Shown: piece after piece, positions 12,606-25,871 of the stretch
How the letters are laid out: the number at the start of each line of letters is the position of its first letter
Position numbering within the stretch: the stretch's first letter is position 1
From: Ascidiella aspersa
Lineage: Eukaryota
Length of the DNA stretch: 64,000 nucleotides
Direction of reading: 5' to 3'
Assembly (NCBI GenBank): GCA_963924565.1
Contig: OZ004613.1
Location: 6,572,001-6,636,000, forward strand
The notes under the pieces: generated by a model
What the model saw: only the letters and a program-made list of their open reading frames with translations
The model's database searches: none
What the model was told of the DNA's origin: nothing
Position numbers and translations under genes: made by a program

Positions 12606-15600
12606 TCTTGTACTCTGCATTGACCTCTGTGATGACCCCTGTTGAAGTAAATATATATAGGCTTCCCGTTAACAGGTATAATAATTATCTATTTATGATA
12701 ATTTGCTTATTGATCTGGTTAATAATGTACATCTAAACCGGTGGTAGGATGTGGGCCATGGCCCAGTAGTTTGCGACGAGACCATTTCCAGTCGGTAAAT
12801 CGAGCTTTTTGGAATTATTGCAACTAAATATGTTTGTTTTACTAAAATAAATCTAAGCATATCAAAACGATAGGCCCGAGGTCATTTACCATGTTTTTTG
12901 CTATTTTTAAATTACATAAAGGCAAAAAAGAGCTTCGCACGAATTTTTGTTTTTCCATCATAAGCGTTTAAAGGAAACTACTCAGACTAAGGGCGCCATG
13001 CTTCTTACTCTGGAACTATGAAAATTATTTTGTTACACAGTTTTTCTGGTGATCGTAGATGAAATGTCACTGCCTAAAAATGGACCATGTTCGACGTTTA
13101 TATGAAGTCTATAAACAAATAGACTTAAGAAACCTTAATTTTCGGTTAAACTGATAATTTCGGTTAAACTGATCAGCAAATATCAAACAAAATTGGACTT
13201 GAAATACATTCAAGAAAAAGGTGGAAAAGCGAGCTTTTATTGTAGTAAAAACTCGTTTTTTCACCTTCTTTTAAACGTTAAACAAAGCGAAATCATGCAT
13301 TGCAAAAAGGTCAGAACTTGAATCCTTATTTAAGACAAGTTCGCTTTAACGCCACCGACTACTATTAAACTTTGATCTGCTTATTTCGCAAATAGCTGCT
13401 TGGTTGCCATTGCGGTTGCACATTCGATATAGTAGCACTGTGACGTCACACGTCTAAACACTGACGTCAATAGTGTCGCAACGTTGCCCTGGCAACATAT
13501 TCTTACGTTTTGAGTGCCTACCTTGCGCAGAGAATCCACGTCAGCTTCATCGATGCCGCAATTATCCAACACCAGCTCTTTTACATTGTGGGCACAAGTT
13601 CGGAGGAAAGCGAGTCCTTGCGATCCCAACTTGTTGTAGCTTAGGTCCAACCTCGTCATCTATATAATCACAGCATGATATAAGATACAATCAGGTGTTG
13701 GGCTACATATAGCTTGCTAAGTTTGAAACCAGTGCATGCAATTTTACCCGGAGAAAAACAATTCAGTTAAATAACCTTTGGCAAAATAGCTTTATATGAT
13801 GTTTTTACCTATTTATGAGCCTAAATGGATTAAATAACACGTAATTAACTATGCGTTTTGCAACTATTTGAAAAAAATCTTTGAAATCAACCTGAAAGTT
13901 CATTAAAATAACATTTCCAAAGGTGACATAGAAAAGTTAGATCGGATATTTTGTATTAAAGATGAATAAATGTGCATGACTGCCCAAATTTACTTTAGAA
14001 GTGCTGTATGTTGTTTATTTTAAGACTGTTTTTTTTACAGTCATAAAGCGTGGTTAATGTTATTCGTTACTATATGTAAGACTTTTTTTCATGGATGTTT
14101 TTTAAATCGTAACTTTTATTTTAATGTATAGAAGGATGTATCTTTATTGAATCCAAAGACATTGACAGCAGGTTTCTGCTTGTCATTCACTGTTCCGCAA
14201 ACGCCTATTTTGAAACCCCCAAAATTTTAGAGACCGTGCTGGGTGTTTTGGGATAGCATGTTTCCTCACCAGGAAGATATTGTTATCAGTTAATCTTAGC
14301 CATTCGAATTTTGTTTGATAAATTACTGTTTGACAGATCCATCGCGTTGTATAGGCTATAGCGTTACCAGGTTAAAGGAAAGCGCTTTAGAGTTATTCAG
14401 TAAATATATCAGTGTGAGTCAATGGTGTTAATAAAGTAATTTTTTAGAAACTTGTTTAAACGTGAACAATACTTATATTTTTTCGTATGGTTTTTTCACC
14501 TGATTATCATTTTAATATTCAACACATCCTTCAGTCAAATAACACACACTTACAGGTCGATCCATTCGTGATATGGCGTCAGTTAGAGGTTGCAGATCGG
14601 AACCAGCGATTTCGCAATAGGTTAATTCCAGCTGGTTGATGTTGTGTAAACTTGTTGCCAGGCAACTCAAACCACGTGAAGTCAGCTTTTTCCAACACAG
14701 GTCTAACAATTCCATCTACATCAAGCAGGGTTTCTTAAACTTTTTTTAATACGGTCCCAAAAAATTCTGGATCGTATGAACCATGTTGGGCATAAAGTTT
14801 TTTCCGAGATGACGTTTTTATGGGTTTAAAAAAAGAAGTTTCGATCAAACTGGTCAGCAAGTGCCAAACAAAATTCGAGTCTAAATACACTTGACGAGAA
14901 GGTGGAAAAGCGAGTTTTGTTAAAGTCTGACCATAATCATTACACCTCAGCAGTATGGTGCTACCTGCAGCACAGGTTAAACAACACTATTTCTGAAGAT
15001 ATAATGAACTATGGTAAAACAGTGCTAAAATTCAAATAAATCTAAATCCAGAAAGCTCTTGGAGGACCGTGGAACATTTTAACTGGCAAAATTGTTGTTA
15101 AAACGTGTAGTTTTAAAGAATTTAACAGCGACAATTATAGGTCGGACTTTCGCGCGAAGTGCAAAAGTAATTGTGTTTGTTTGATTTAAAATTTACGTCT
15201 TTATTCATGATTACAATGAAACGGTGTAATCAAATATCTAAAAACATGATAAATTTAATTGCCAATTAATAGCTTCTGACGTAGGCAATTCGAATATGGC
15301 CGTTAAAAACTTTCGATGTTAATATTTAAAAACGATTTATAACCGAAAATCAATACGATAAGTTACTTATATTGATGATATTCCCAAAATAAACGAATCA
15401 AGTTGCATTTACGTAACGAGCCAGTTTGGAAAAGAGCTGACACACGATTTCTGTATTCGCTTATACATGTGCGTTTATTTGCTAATATAACCACTAACAC
15501 AAACATACAGGCATATTTCGTTGTGAGATGGCGTCGGCTAGAGGTTGTAGATTTGACTCAGCAGTGTCGCAGTTCCACAACTTCAGCTTGTTGATGTTGC

Positions 15601-18600
15601 TTGCACTTGTTGCCAGGCAACTCAACTCACGTGACCCCAAGTTGACCACTCTGAGTTCTTCCATCTACTCAAAATAGAGTTAGGTTATCTTACGGATAAA
15701 AACTATAATTTAAAAAACAGAACAGAAACAGCGTATCGTGGATATAAACCAAAAAAGTGGATAAGGTTTGATTTAGATTTTACTCGATAAATATGTTCGC
15801 TAATATATTTAATTTCTATTAAAACAAAAACAGGAAACGGAAATGCTACGACAAAAAGTATATATGCAAGAATTAACATACGTTAGATTTGATAACATTA
15901 TTTAATAAATAACTTTTCAATAATAGATGCATACATACATGTACAACACGAACAACATACATGTACAACAACAACTGTCATATAGCCCTTCTGAAGTCAT
16001 TTTTGATCAAGGTTTACGCTTTACATGTCATAGTACTCCGAAAGTCGTCACCAGACATTTCGACAATCACCGCAGGCAAGTTGTTTTCTAAAGCAGGGGT
16101 TCTTAAACCATGGACCCCTTAGGGGTATGTCAACTAGTTTCAGGGGTTCATGAAGCCTTAATTAATTGAAATATAAGTGTATATTTAAAAAGCAATAATT
16201 TTTTTCCGAAAAAGTGTTTAACTAAACGTAAAATGATTTTGCACAGAATGTATATTAAGACTTCACTGAGCATGCTTTCACATTTTTGGACCGGAAACAT
16301 CAGATTTTTAAAGTTTATTTGTATTGTGACATCAATTTATGACGTCATCTTTAAACTTCCGTGCCTATATACACTGGTCTACGCAAAGCAAAAATAGTTT
16401 TTAAGTGTCCGTGGTAAATAAAGTTTAAGAACCCCTCTTCTAAAGCAAACTGGTCTTGCTTGTATGAAAATGCGTAATTGATGGACTGATTCGGTTGATG
16501 ACTCACGGCATAATAACTATTATGATAAAACATTGTTAGCTGTTGGATAACTTACAGGTGTTTCTCTGCGTCCAATTGCTTCAGTAAGAACCTCGAAACC
16601 GGACAGATCACCCGTGTTGTTCAACCACAGGCGGTTTATCTTATGGACGCAGGTAGACAAGGAATTTAGGTCACGTGATCCAGTTGACGTCACACGAATA
16701 TATTCCATCTACAAAATACAGCAAGATATGCCAGGGGAGGGCGACAACTTATGCGCCTATCAGTTTGTCTCGCCGCTTCCATTCTTGACCTACCTCTTGT
16801 CTATGACGTAGTCCATTGGTTCTCAACCCTTTTTATGACTGGGAACCCTTAAACGTTTTAAAACTGAATCCTCCAGACGAAACTTAGTTGTGAAGAGGGC
16901 ATTTACATCTGTACACTATACTAAGGAAATATAACCTCGCAAGATTGTCGCGTTTAAGCCTCTAAATGAGTACTCTATGTTTAGTATCTGAGTAATAATT
17001 ACCCTTGCTGAAGGATAGTTTAGCGGAAGGGTCTGCAATCTGGCTTACAAGCCACAAGTGACTTTTCATCTAGTTTTATACGGCTCTCATTTTCAGGTTT
17101 TAATTGAGCCCTGTCAGATTTTCTGTGCTTATAGGATTACGCCCGCCCAACGGCCATGACCATTTTGACAAACCATCATGTCGATAATAGCTAGTGAGTT
17201 GACTTACCGGTTTTTCTCTGCGTGCAATCGCTTTAGTAAGAACCTCGAAACCGGACGGATCGCTCGTATTCTTGAACTCCAGGCGGTTTATCTTATGAAC
17301 GCAGGTGGACAAGTCAGTGACCTCAGGTAGTCCAGTTATCTCGACACGTACATAATCCATCTATAAAATGAAAACAGGATATGTTTGACTTCGGTAACTA
17401 ATATATAAAGGTTCTCAAGCAAATGCAAAAAAAATAAATGGCGTGGTCCTAAGCACAAGTCCAAGCTACTCGCTGTTTAATCAGAAAATCAAATAAAACA
17501 AAAGCAGAGCATAAAGTTAAAAAAACGCATTTCGCGTTTTTAGATAAATACACAAAGTCAATAAAAGACACGTAATTCTTTACTGAACAAAGTTATACAA
17601 ATCCCGTTGGTTATTTGTCTTTATTTCTAGCGGTTCAATTTCCGCGTCCTGGGGCGAAGTATTTACCGGTTTTGTGGCAGTTTCATTCCCAATGGGTCCA
17701 CTGACTCCACTGTACTTCGAAAATGTTTTGCTATGAATATAAATGTGCCTTTTGGGGGAAAATGTACCGTGGCTGTGAAAAGGTGCAGCGTTTGTTTAGC
17801 ATTTCCCGATGCTGGGTTGTGCTTGTTTTGTGATGTGACCACAATCCTTTTCGATTAACCCGTGCAGAAAAGCGGAATATATGAGAACGCCCTTTTAATA
17901 ACCGAGCGTCTTAATATGAGCTACCAGGGTCGTTGGTGAATGAGACGTCACCTCCTTGTTAAGGACGTAGGTGCACTTAAACCAGTGTTGTAATGACCTG
18001 TTAAATAAGTCACTATATATAAATGACTCGACTTAAGTCTAAGTAATGACTTATGTTTTTAAATGACTTCAAGTGGACTGAAGTAATTTAAAAATCACTA
18101 AATAAAACTACTTATAAACGCCACGGAAAACGACCATAGGATTAGCCTATTGTTATATTTTGCACCACACAAAGGCCCGATGTTTAGACCAGTCTGAGAT
18201 TGCACCATTTTACATGAAGTCGTAAACCCAAGCTGTTTGCGACAAACATTTAAGAAATGTTACATCAACTTGATACTACTTATTTATATTTTTAAAAACG
18301 ACAAGGAATCGTAAAACTTCACAAACCTGGTGTTTTGTTTTCGCTATTGTCTCCATCAACATTCCTAAGCAGTCGCCAGTAAACTTAACGGGATAGAAAT
18401 CACCGATGCTGATGACGAGCTGCCTGTCGGGTGTTTGAAGCACGTGACAGAGACTTGACACTTCACTTGGAAGGATCGTTCCACTCTTTATGCAAAGCGT
18501 TCTAGGTAGGTAATCAGCAACTTTTGCGGCGATTTCTTCATCATTTGATTCCTGCGCCAAACTGCAAAGCTCAAACAATTTGGAGTTAAAGCTTTTGCCA

Positions 18601-21600
18601 GCGTTTGATAAAAGTTGAGATCCAAGCGAATCAATCAGACCTTTAAGCAAACTTTTTTTGCTGGCAATATCGGTGGAAGAGATTTTGAAAATAGGCTTTA
18701 GCTTACGGTGGAGTTTTGTATTTAGCAACCCAAAAAGAAACCGAAGAATCATTTCCCAAGTATTACTTTCCATGCTTCGTAACAGATCAGAAAATGTAGC
18801 TACGTCCGTATCGAACAACAGCTTTAGTGATGTAAAAAATTCTTGCCAAAGAACATGAATAAAAAGGAACACTTTATCCCCTTCCAGTATACGAAGGTTG
18901 AGGTCGCTAGAGAAAACTTGCATGTTGAGAAAGTCCTCCATTCCTTCAGTATCAAGTCCAACTTTATCAAAGTCTTCTTCTTCGAATGTGATCTTGTCAT
19001 TGAGCATTCCATTTAAAGCCAGGTCAGAAAGTTTGCGCAGAATTCTGGGGTGTTCCTTAAACTTAGGTGAGCGAATACAATCGGACACAAAAGCCGCAAA
19101 CACATCTGTCAGTGTGAAAGTGTCATGTTCAGTGCCATGTTTTTTTATGTAGGGGACGATGGTTTTGGCAAACATAGGAAGAAAACACATAGCCTTGGCT
19201 GCTGGACATTTACCAAGTGAGTTGATAACTTTCTCATAATCTTCTTTCTCCGGGCAAATTTGTCGGAAATACAAATCTTGAGAGCTCACATTGAAGCCGA
19301 TTACCCTGACAACAAAGCAGGGCTTGCAACTTGGGTGCAGCTTGAGAAATGCTCCCGGTCTTGAAGTAAGCAGCTTGTGAGCATTGGGAAGAATGTCGCC
19401 ACGGAGTAGGTTTTGTAGAATGACAACCGGCGTTGCGCGATCGTACAATCCGATCACTGGAGCATCCAAGTCAAAATCTTTGAACCTTAATTCGTCCAAA
19501 CCATCCAGGAAGATAAACAGGTTGTTGGACTTGGAAAGCCTTTCCAGTATTTGATCATCCATTTCTTTTGTGTGTTTCCAGTTAGGGTTGGATGACAGGA
19601 ATTCCAGAACACCTGTTTGTTTATTAAGATCTAAATCCTTCAAGTATTTGAACAGCAAATGGTCCCTTTCGTTCGCAGGTAGTCTATCTGCAACGTCCTT
19701 TAGAGTCTGTAAGACAGCTGTAGTCTTGCCAATTCCAGCTATTCCAGTCATACCGACCACGTTGCCATGTCTCTCGACGTAATCGTCATTTGCTGCTTTA
19801 TTGCTAAATCCCAACATTTCCGATTCATTGATTGCTTCTTCTTTAGCCGCAGAAAACAGTTGGTTGAGCTTGAGCATGGTTGAGTTGTCCTGGTTGCCTC
19901 CAAGTCGCAGCAATCCTCTTGAACCAAATTCCTCCAATACTGCTTGGAAATCCCGAATGACATCAAGAGGAACTGAGTTTATTGGTAGAGTCCCGATGAT
20001 CTTTTCAGCTGTTTCCCAAGACTTCTCCTCCCATGATGCCGCTAATGATGTAAAAAGGATTTCGTTTCTCCAGTTTGTATTTAAGTAAGTTTAAAAGCAC
20101 ATTTGAATAAATTACTTCCTTGGCTATGTTTAAGTGATATGCCGTCATATTAACTAACATTTTGCTGTTGTGCGCCATTATTCTCTTTTGGTCACGGAAC
20201 AGTTAATAAAAAAATACACTTATAGAAGCTATAAATGCAATGCTTTTTATTCCATGTTAATAAAGCATTATATATGTTGTGAGTCGCGTTCAGGTAATAA
20301 AAGTATTGTCGAGTGGCGGGATTTGTAGTTACCATTTTTGGTAAATATAACCTGGTGAACAGTTACACACTGCTCTAGATCAGTGGTTATTAACATTTTG
20401 ACACTGGCGGCCAAATAAAAATACTAAAAGCGTTTTTTCGGAGGGTAACGAGAAATCTAAAGCAGATAGCTCACTGAGACAACTAGGAAACGTTATTAAT
20501 AAACAACTATACTGTAGTATTATACAGGGTTGCTAGAAGTTGCGGGATTCGATCTGGTTAACAACTTGTTCGCAAACTTACTCATGTTAAAAGCTTGACG
20601 TATATCCTTTGTACAGGTTTAAAAATACAAATGGTTTTAAGAGCTGCATCTTTGTTGTGCGCATGCGAGTTACCTGTGATTGGGTGCATCTTTCACTAAT
20701 TTGGGATATAATTTTATTATCCTTTGGTTTGCGCGAACCGTCAAAACCGATTTATTCTCACAACAGGTTAATGTAGGTAATCTGGAAATTTTAGCAGGAA
20801 ATTTAGACATTTTAGGATAATTACTTATTTTAGCGTTATGTTTGTGCGAGGCACCACAATTAAGGTAACATTCGAAGCTCGACAGCCAATTTTTCACACA
20901 AATTTGCTAAATTTTCGGGATTAATCTTTTATTTTTGTCGAACAGGCAAAAATTATATCGTACCGGTACCGATCCGCAGACCGAACAACTGTTCTAGAGT
21001 GCCTAGTTTGTGTCGTAAACGTTTAAAATCTCACAAGAATAAAAATACAACCGTTTCAAAGGGCCAGGTTAATTGTCAAAAACGTTTATTGATGTTCTAC
21101 ATCAAAACTATCACTTACCATAAGAGGTCGCTGTTGAGTCGTGTACAGTTTCCGGTCCGAGTTGGTTGCCATGGAAATGATAGACGTTGCCATGAACGTT
21201 ATGAATAGGACCTTCATGCTGTTGAATGTCTCCAATTTGCATATTTAATTGGTCAACATTGATTTGCTGGCTGCTGATTTTTTGTAAATTTTGAGCTGCT
21301 TGTTCATCCTATCAAAACCATTTTTAATTTAGTTTTACTTTTTTAACTGCAAACGGTTTATCTATGAATATTGTTTAAATAACATACAGGCACACAAAAA
21401 TATATACTGTATACATACATATATATATATGTGTGTTTAAGTATTTTTTGATATGTTTTTTGATATCACTTTAAAAGTGTCGGCCTGGAAAAAAAGAGAA
21501 TTGCTTGCACTAAGCCTTACCTCCAAATTACCATATACCAACTATTCGATAAACTCTATACTGGCTTAAAATATTATATTTTTGTTTTTAATTTGTACAT

Positions 21601-21663
21601 TGTAATTACCATATTCGATTTAGGTTGATTTGCTTCTTTGTTTCCGTTTCGAATGTCGGCCAT
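12372..21663 (-). CDS. NLR2: RHIM-like/NACHT/LRR receptor, apparently complete and intact
   Basis: Exons 21663-21610 (MADIRNGNKEANQPKSNM), 21308-21119 (RHIM-like), 20041-18327 (NACHT), LRR exons 17360-17208, 16708-16556, 15664-15509, 14715-14554, 13659-13522, and a candidate terminal exon 12638-12372 (less certain). All phases are compatible. Confidence 0.85.
18327..20041 (-). CDS. NLR2 NACHT exon
   Basis: GIAGIGKT, LFIFLDGLDE, LLTSRP, FIHVLWQEFF; uninterrupted frame. Confidence 0.92.
21119..21308 (-). CDS. NLR2 exon 2, RHIM-like/His-Gly heptad motif (not in ORF track)
   Basis: Hand translation: DEQAAQNLQKISSQQINVDQLNMQIGDIQQHEGPIHNVHGNVYHFHGNQLGPETVHDSTATSY; TAG acceptor and GTAAGT donor. 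Confidence 0.85.
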
Positions 21664-23317
21664 TTTGGTTTGTACTTTAACAGGTTTCAAACGATGTCAA
21701 TTGTCCTTTCAGTGGAAAATATAATATTCTGAAATTTAGAAATATGGAATGTTTAGCAGAAGGAATTAACAGAACAAACAATACAAGAAAATTACAAAAA
21801 AACATCTTCTCTGATAATCTGATCTAACTGACAACAAAACCTACAGCAATTTACATTTTATTTAAATGAAAGGAAAGTTACTTTTCAGGCAATAGTTTTT
21901 CAATATTAAAAAAAATTATTGCCGGAAGAACAATTTTACAATTAAACACTTTTATGTGTACTTAACCGCCGACCTAAACACAGGTATTTGCAGGTGTTTT
22001 CTACAGCTTTAGAATTGCAGCGTTTTAAGCTCAACGCCACTCACATAACAAGCCAAACTAAGCGCCTTTCACTTGAGCATTTTTGCATCGCCAGAACCTC
22101 CAGCCTAAAAGCTGAGTACTGAATAAAACAAATAATATTGCAGTCCCCAATCTGCAGGTTCAAACTGTATTATACTTATGAAAAGACTGTTCAAGTTGCC
22201 ACTTAAATTTAATCCGCTACGAAAACCGTAAATAACGATAAGCCAATTTAGTTACACAATTATAATAAATCTAGCTAATTGTTTTCAATGTTTTAACTTT
22301 GACTTTGAAAAGTCGCCCCGGCCAACGCAAATATACGACAAAGCAATAAGTAAATACCTTTCTAGTTCTTTCAGTCTTTTTAGTTTACCATTTCTATTTA
22401 TTTCACCGCAAATCAATAAGGTAATACCTTTCTAGTTCGTTCAGTAGATCTTCGAGATTCGCATTAAGTGATACCTATATAGTCTACAAATTAACTATAT
22501 GGAACCACACCTTGTTTATTATTTGTGCCAGAGCACCGAACCATATCTAATATACTAAACAAGATCCGATGCTGACTGCTTCGAAACACCTTAGCCTTTG
22601 TCTTACTCACTACAATGGCGGCAACTTCCTGGTATTAGTGGCTGAGTACAATACCGTGAATGATTCAACTGCTTGTGACTGGATACAGGGTTATACAGAG
22701 ACAGGCGTCAACAGAGTGTAAATCGTAATCAAACGATTTACGCATATTATAATGTTAGAATGATATCTTGTCGACAGGGTGACACTATTTTACTGAGTTT
22801 TATAAAAGTAAGCAACAATACTTCTGAATGCTTCGCTCAGTGTTAGGCAGGAATTTGTTTTAAACGCCGCTCACCTTTGCTTTTAAAAGTACCGCTAATG
22901 AACACAGTCGCCACTCACTCTGTCTGGAGTTGTTGTTTTCCCAAAACGGAATGATTAAATCGTAATGAATTACAATGAAAACAATAAAACGTAGTAAAAA
23001 CAGCAAAGCCTATACATAAGCCAGTTTGACCGTTTCGAATACTCTTTATTCATTATCAACATTGTTCAAAATGCCATATACCTACGTCTGTATGGGCTTT
23101 GATATTCATACTACGTCTTACTACAACCACCAACCATTATGCCCCCCAAAAATAACATTGAGTCACTTTGTGTCAATCACTTTGTGGTTAATTGGGGTAT
23201 TCAACCTGCAAAGTACACGTTTTATATGTTATTTGTGCAAATACGGCCTACTTTTCTTTGAAAGTGTATTTATAAGCCATTGAAGTGCTGGTATAGTTTA
23301 GTTTTGAACGTTTAGAA

Positions 23318-23695
23318 CAGCGGTTCCCAAACTTTTCAAAGAATTTTGCCTGGCGGACCCTTGGCAATTATTTTAATTTTTTGCGGCCTTATAAAAATTC
23401 AAGGGTCAGTTGACCCATGTTTCATTTAGTCCACTTTCTAAAGTAACAACTATCTAATGAATGCGAACGATTCGCTAATAGCAGGTAGTAGTACAGCATA
23501 AGCCATAATAGATGCTTAATGATGTCACAAGAGACATCAACAAACACGCTATATTATCGAATAATAAAGCATAAATAAAGACTAATAATGATGACAGATA
23601 ATGTTTCCCTAAAGCCCAATGTTGAAAACTTAAAGATTATTCCCTCTGCGGACCCTCTGAAACTGTTGTACGGACCCCAGTTTTGGGAACCGCTG
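23318..23695. mobile_element. hAT-type MITE
   Basis: TIR CAGCGGTTCCCAAA; perfect 8-bp TSD GTTTAGAA. Confidence 0.9.
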
Positions 23696-24484
23696 GTTTA
23701 GAAACCTAGGTTGCTTTGGGAGGGGTCATTTAAACTGGCTAATATGTTGAGCACAACGAATTAAAGGCGCCGAAGCAAATGCAATTAGTTTGGTGCAGAA
23801 TGAGCCGTCAGCAATAACACGAGAAAACCTTTCGTTCCACACTCGATTATAAGCTGTGGACCTGTGGTAGTTGTGTTCTGTTATGGTTGACCACTGTGAT
23901 AAAATGCGAGAAATATGATTTTGTATGATTTTGAAAAAATCTATACAATGACGAACGTTATTGGGTTTGTTATTTTTTATTAGCTATATATTGTGCATAA
24001 AGAAAATAAATCAACCAGCAGTCAAAAAACTGAACTCAATTAGCTTTGTATAAATGTAAAAGACAAAAAAAAAATTGGCGCCTGGCGTGTTTGTCTTCAA
24101 TAAGCCTTTAAATTCGCTTAAATCGATCGTGCCAATTAATTATGTTTCCACCTTTAGAGAATACCCAGCCTCTTCTCCAATCGCCAAATTGGCAAGATTT
24201 GAATTACACATCCAACCCGTCAGAAATTAGTGCAGTTTTAAGCAAAAAGGTCTATGACAATTAGTGCATTGAAAGCATCAAAGCGTTCCGACAATTATTA
24301 AATTAACGCACATTATTAGGGTTAGGATTCGGGTTAGCGTTTAGGTTCAGGTGGGTCAAGTGTTAGTAATCGTATCTTACATATTTTTTTTTTCTTTTGT
24401 GAATTTTCAACGAATATTTTTAATTTATCTACGCTGGAAGTTCGCCGCTTAAAAAAGTGGCGTTTTAAGTTAATACCTTTCTTT

Positions 24485-25871
24485 GGAGCATAATGGTTGG
24501 AGGTTGTAGTAAGACGTAATAAGAATATCAAAGCCCATACAGAAGCAGGTATCATTTTGAACGTTTCGAATAACTCTTTATTAATTTAAATTTTACACAC
24601 AGATCGACGGCGTCGCAATGGGTTCCCCGATCGCCCCTCTGCTTGCTGATGTTTTCATGAACTGGTTAATTGATCAAACCGCGGAAAACCCAGCACAACC
24701 CCATCTTTTATGCCGCTATGTAGATGACATTTTTGCCGTATTCTACAACAGTGATGAAATTGAGGCTTTTCTCTGCACTCTAAATGGCATCCATCCAAAT
24801 ATCCAGTTTACCTGTGAGTGGGAAAAGGAAAATAATCTGCCCTTTCTGGATGTACTGGTTAAGAAAATGCCTTATGGACACAGCACTCACGTACATCGCA
24901 AGCCTACCCATACAGGCCTCCTAACAAGATGGTCAAGTTTTGTTCCATTTAAATACAAGCGCAACCTGATAAATAGCCTATTACACCGGGCTTACAGAAT
25001 TTGTAGCACTTACATGGGAATGCACCACGAATTCCGCAACATTTCTAAAATGTTGATGATGAATGGTTACCCCAAGCAGTTTATTGATACTGCCATTTAC
25101 AGGTTTCTTGACCAAAAACACAAGGACGTGCAAAACAAAACGGTTGAACATGAAGAAAACAAAACGTTGTATACCATCACAATGAAGCTCCCGTTTATTG
25201 GAAAAACATCGATGAATATATGCAAAGAACTTACTACCTTCGTAGCGCGCAACACCGAAAATAAAGTCAAATTTATTTTCAGCCACGAAACCACACCTAT
25301 CAGTTCGTTTTTTATACACAAGGACCACCAGCATGTGTTACGTCGTTCAGGAGTTATATACAAAGTGCAATGTTCGTGCGGATCGACTTATATTGGACAA
25401 ACCAAGCGTAACCTACAAGTGCGTATGGACAATCACGACCCTTCATCACGGTCCACGCAGGACACAGACGTGGCAAGACATTTGCATCAAAATTCTGGTC
25501 ACAAAATCGATTTTAAAAACCCCAAGATTCTTGCGACAAGTCGGTGTTGGCGTCGTCTTTTGATTAAGGAAACCGTAGAAATAACACGGCACAACCCGGA
25601 AATTAACGCAGACCAAGCTTCTATACCACTCTATCTTTTCAACATCTGATCACGTGGATTGCCTTATCTGCTATCGGCGACCTACCTTCTAATCGCCGCA
25701 CACCCGGTTTAGATTATGTATCTATCCACGTTTCCTTCTTTCTGATGTCTGTCTTAGCACTATATATACACTTACCATCAGTGACTTCTCTCTATGTTGA
25801 AAATGAATAAAGAGTTATTCGAAACGTTCAAAATGATACCTGCTTCTGTATGGGCTTTGATATTCTTATTA
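24485..25871 (+). mobile_element. Penelope-like retroelement, 5'-truncated, with an inverted copy of its 3' end
   Basis: RT + GIY-YIG ORF; perfect 66-bp inverted repeat 24517-24582 / 25806-25871; flanking direct repeat TTAATACCTTTCT (24470-24482, 25869-25881). Confidence 0.92.
24591..25649 (+). CDS. Penelope-like reverse transcriptase C-terminal half + GIY-YIG endonuclease (partial)
   Basis: YTQIDGVAMGSP, RYVDD, LPFLDV, HRKPTHT, NGYP, GVIYKVQCSCGSTYIGQT...H...H; the N-terminal RT motifs are missing. Confidence 0.92.
   Translation, partial: FYTQIDGVAMGSPIAPLLADVFMNWLIDQTAENPAQPHLLCRYVDDIFAVFYNSDEIEAFLCTLNGIHPNIQFTCEWEKENNLPFLDVLVKKMPYGHSTHVHRKPTHTGLLTRWSSFVPFKYKRNLINSLLHRAYRICSTYMGMHHEFRNISKMLMMNGYPKQFIDTAIYRFLDQKHKDVQNKTVEHEENKTLYTITMKLPFIGKTSMNICKELTTFVARNTENKVKFIFSHETTPISSFFIHKDHQHVLRRSGVIYKVQCSCGSTYIGQTKRNLQVRMDNHDPSSRSTQDTDVARHLHQNSGHKIDFKNPKILATSRCWRRLLIKETVEITRHNPEINADQASIPLYLFNI

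Noticed and set aside
12400-12636. Alternative frame with repeated CDEC (CxxC) motifs as a metal-binding protein
   Set aside because: It requires a phase-1 junction, whereas all upstream LRR exons end in phase 0; no independent start.
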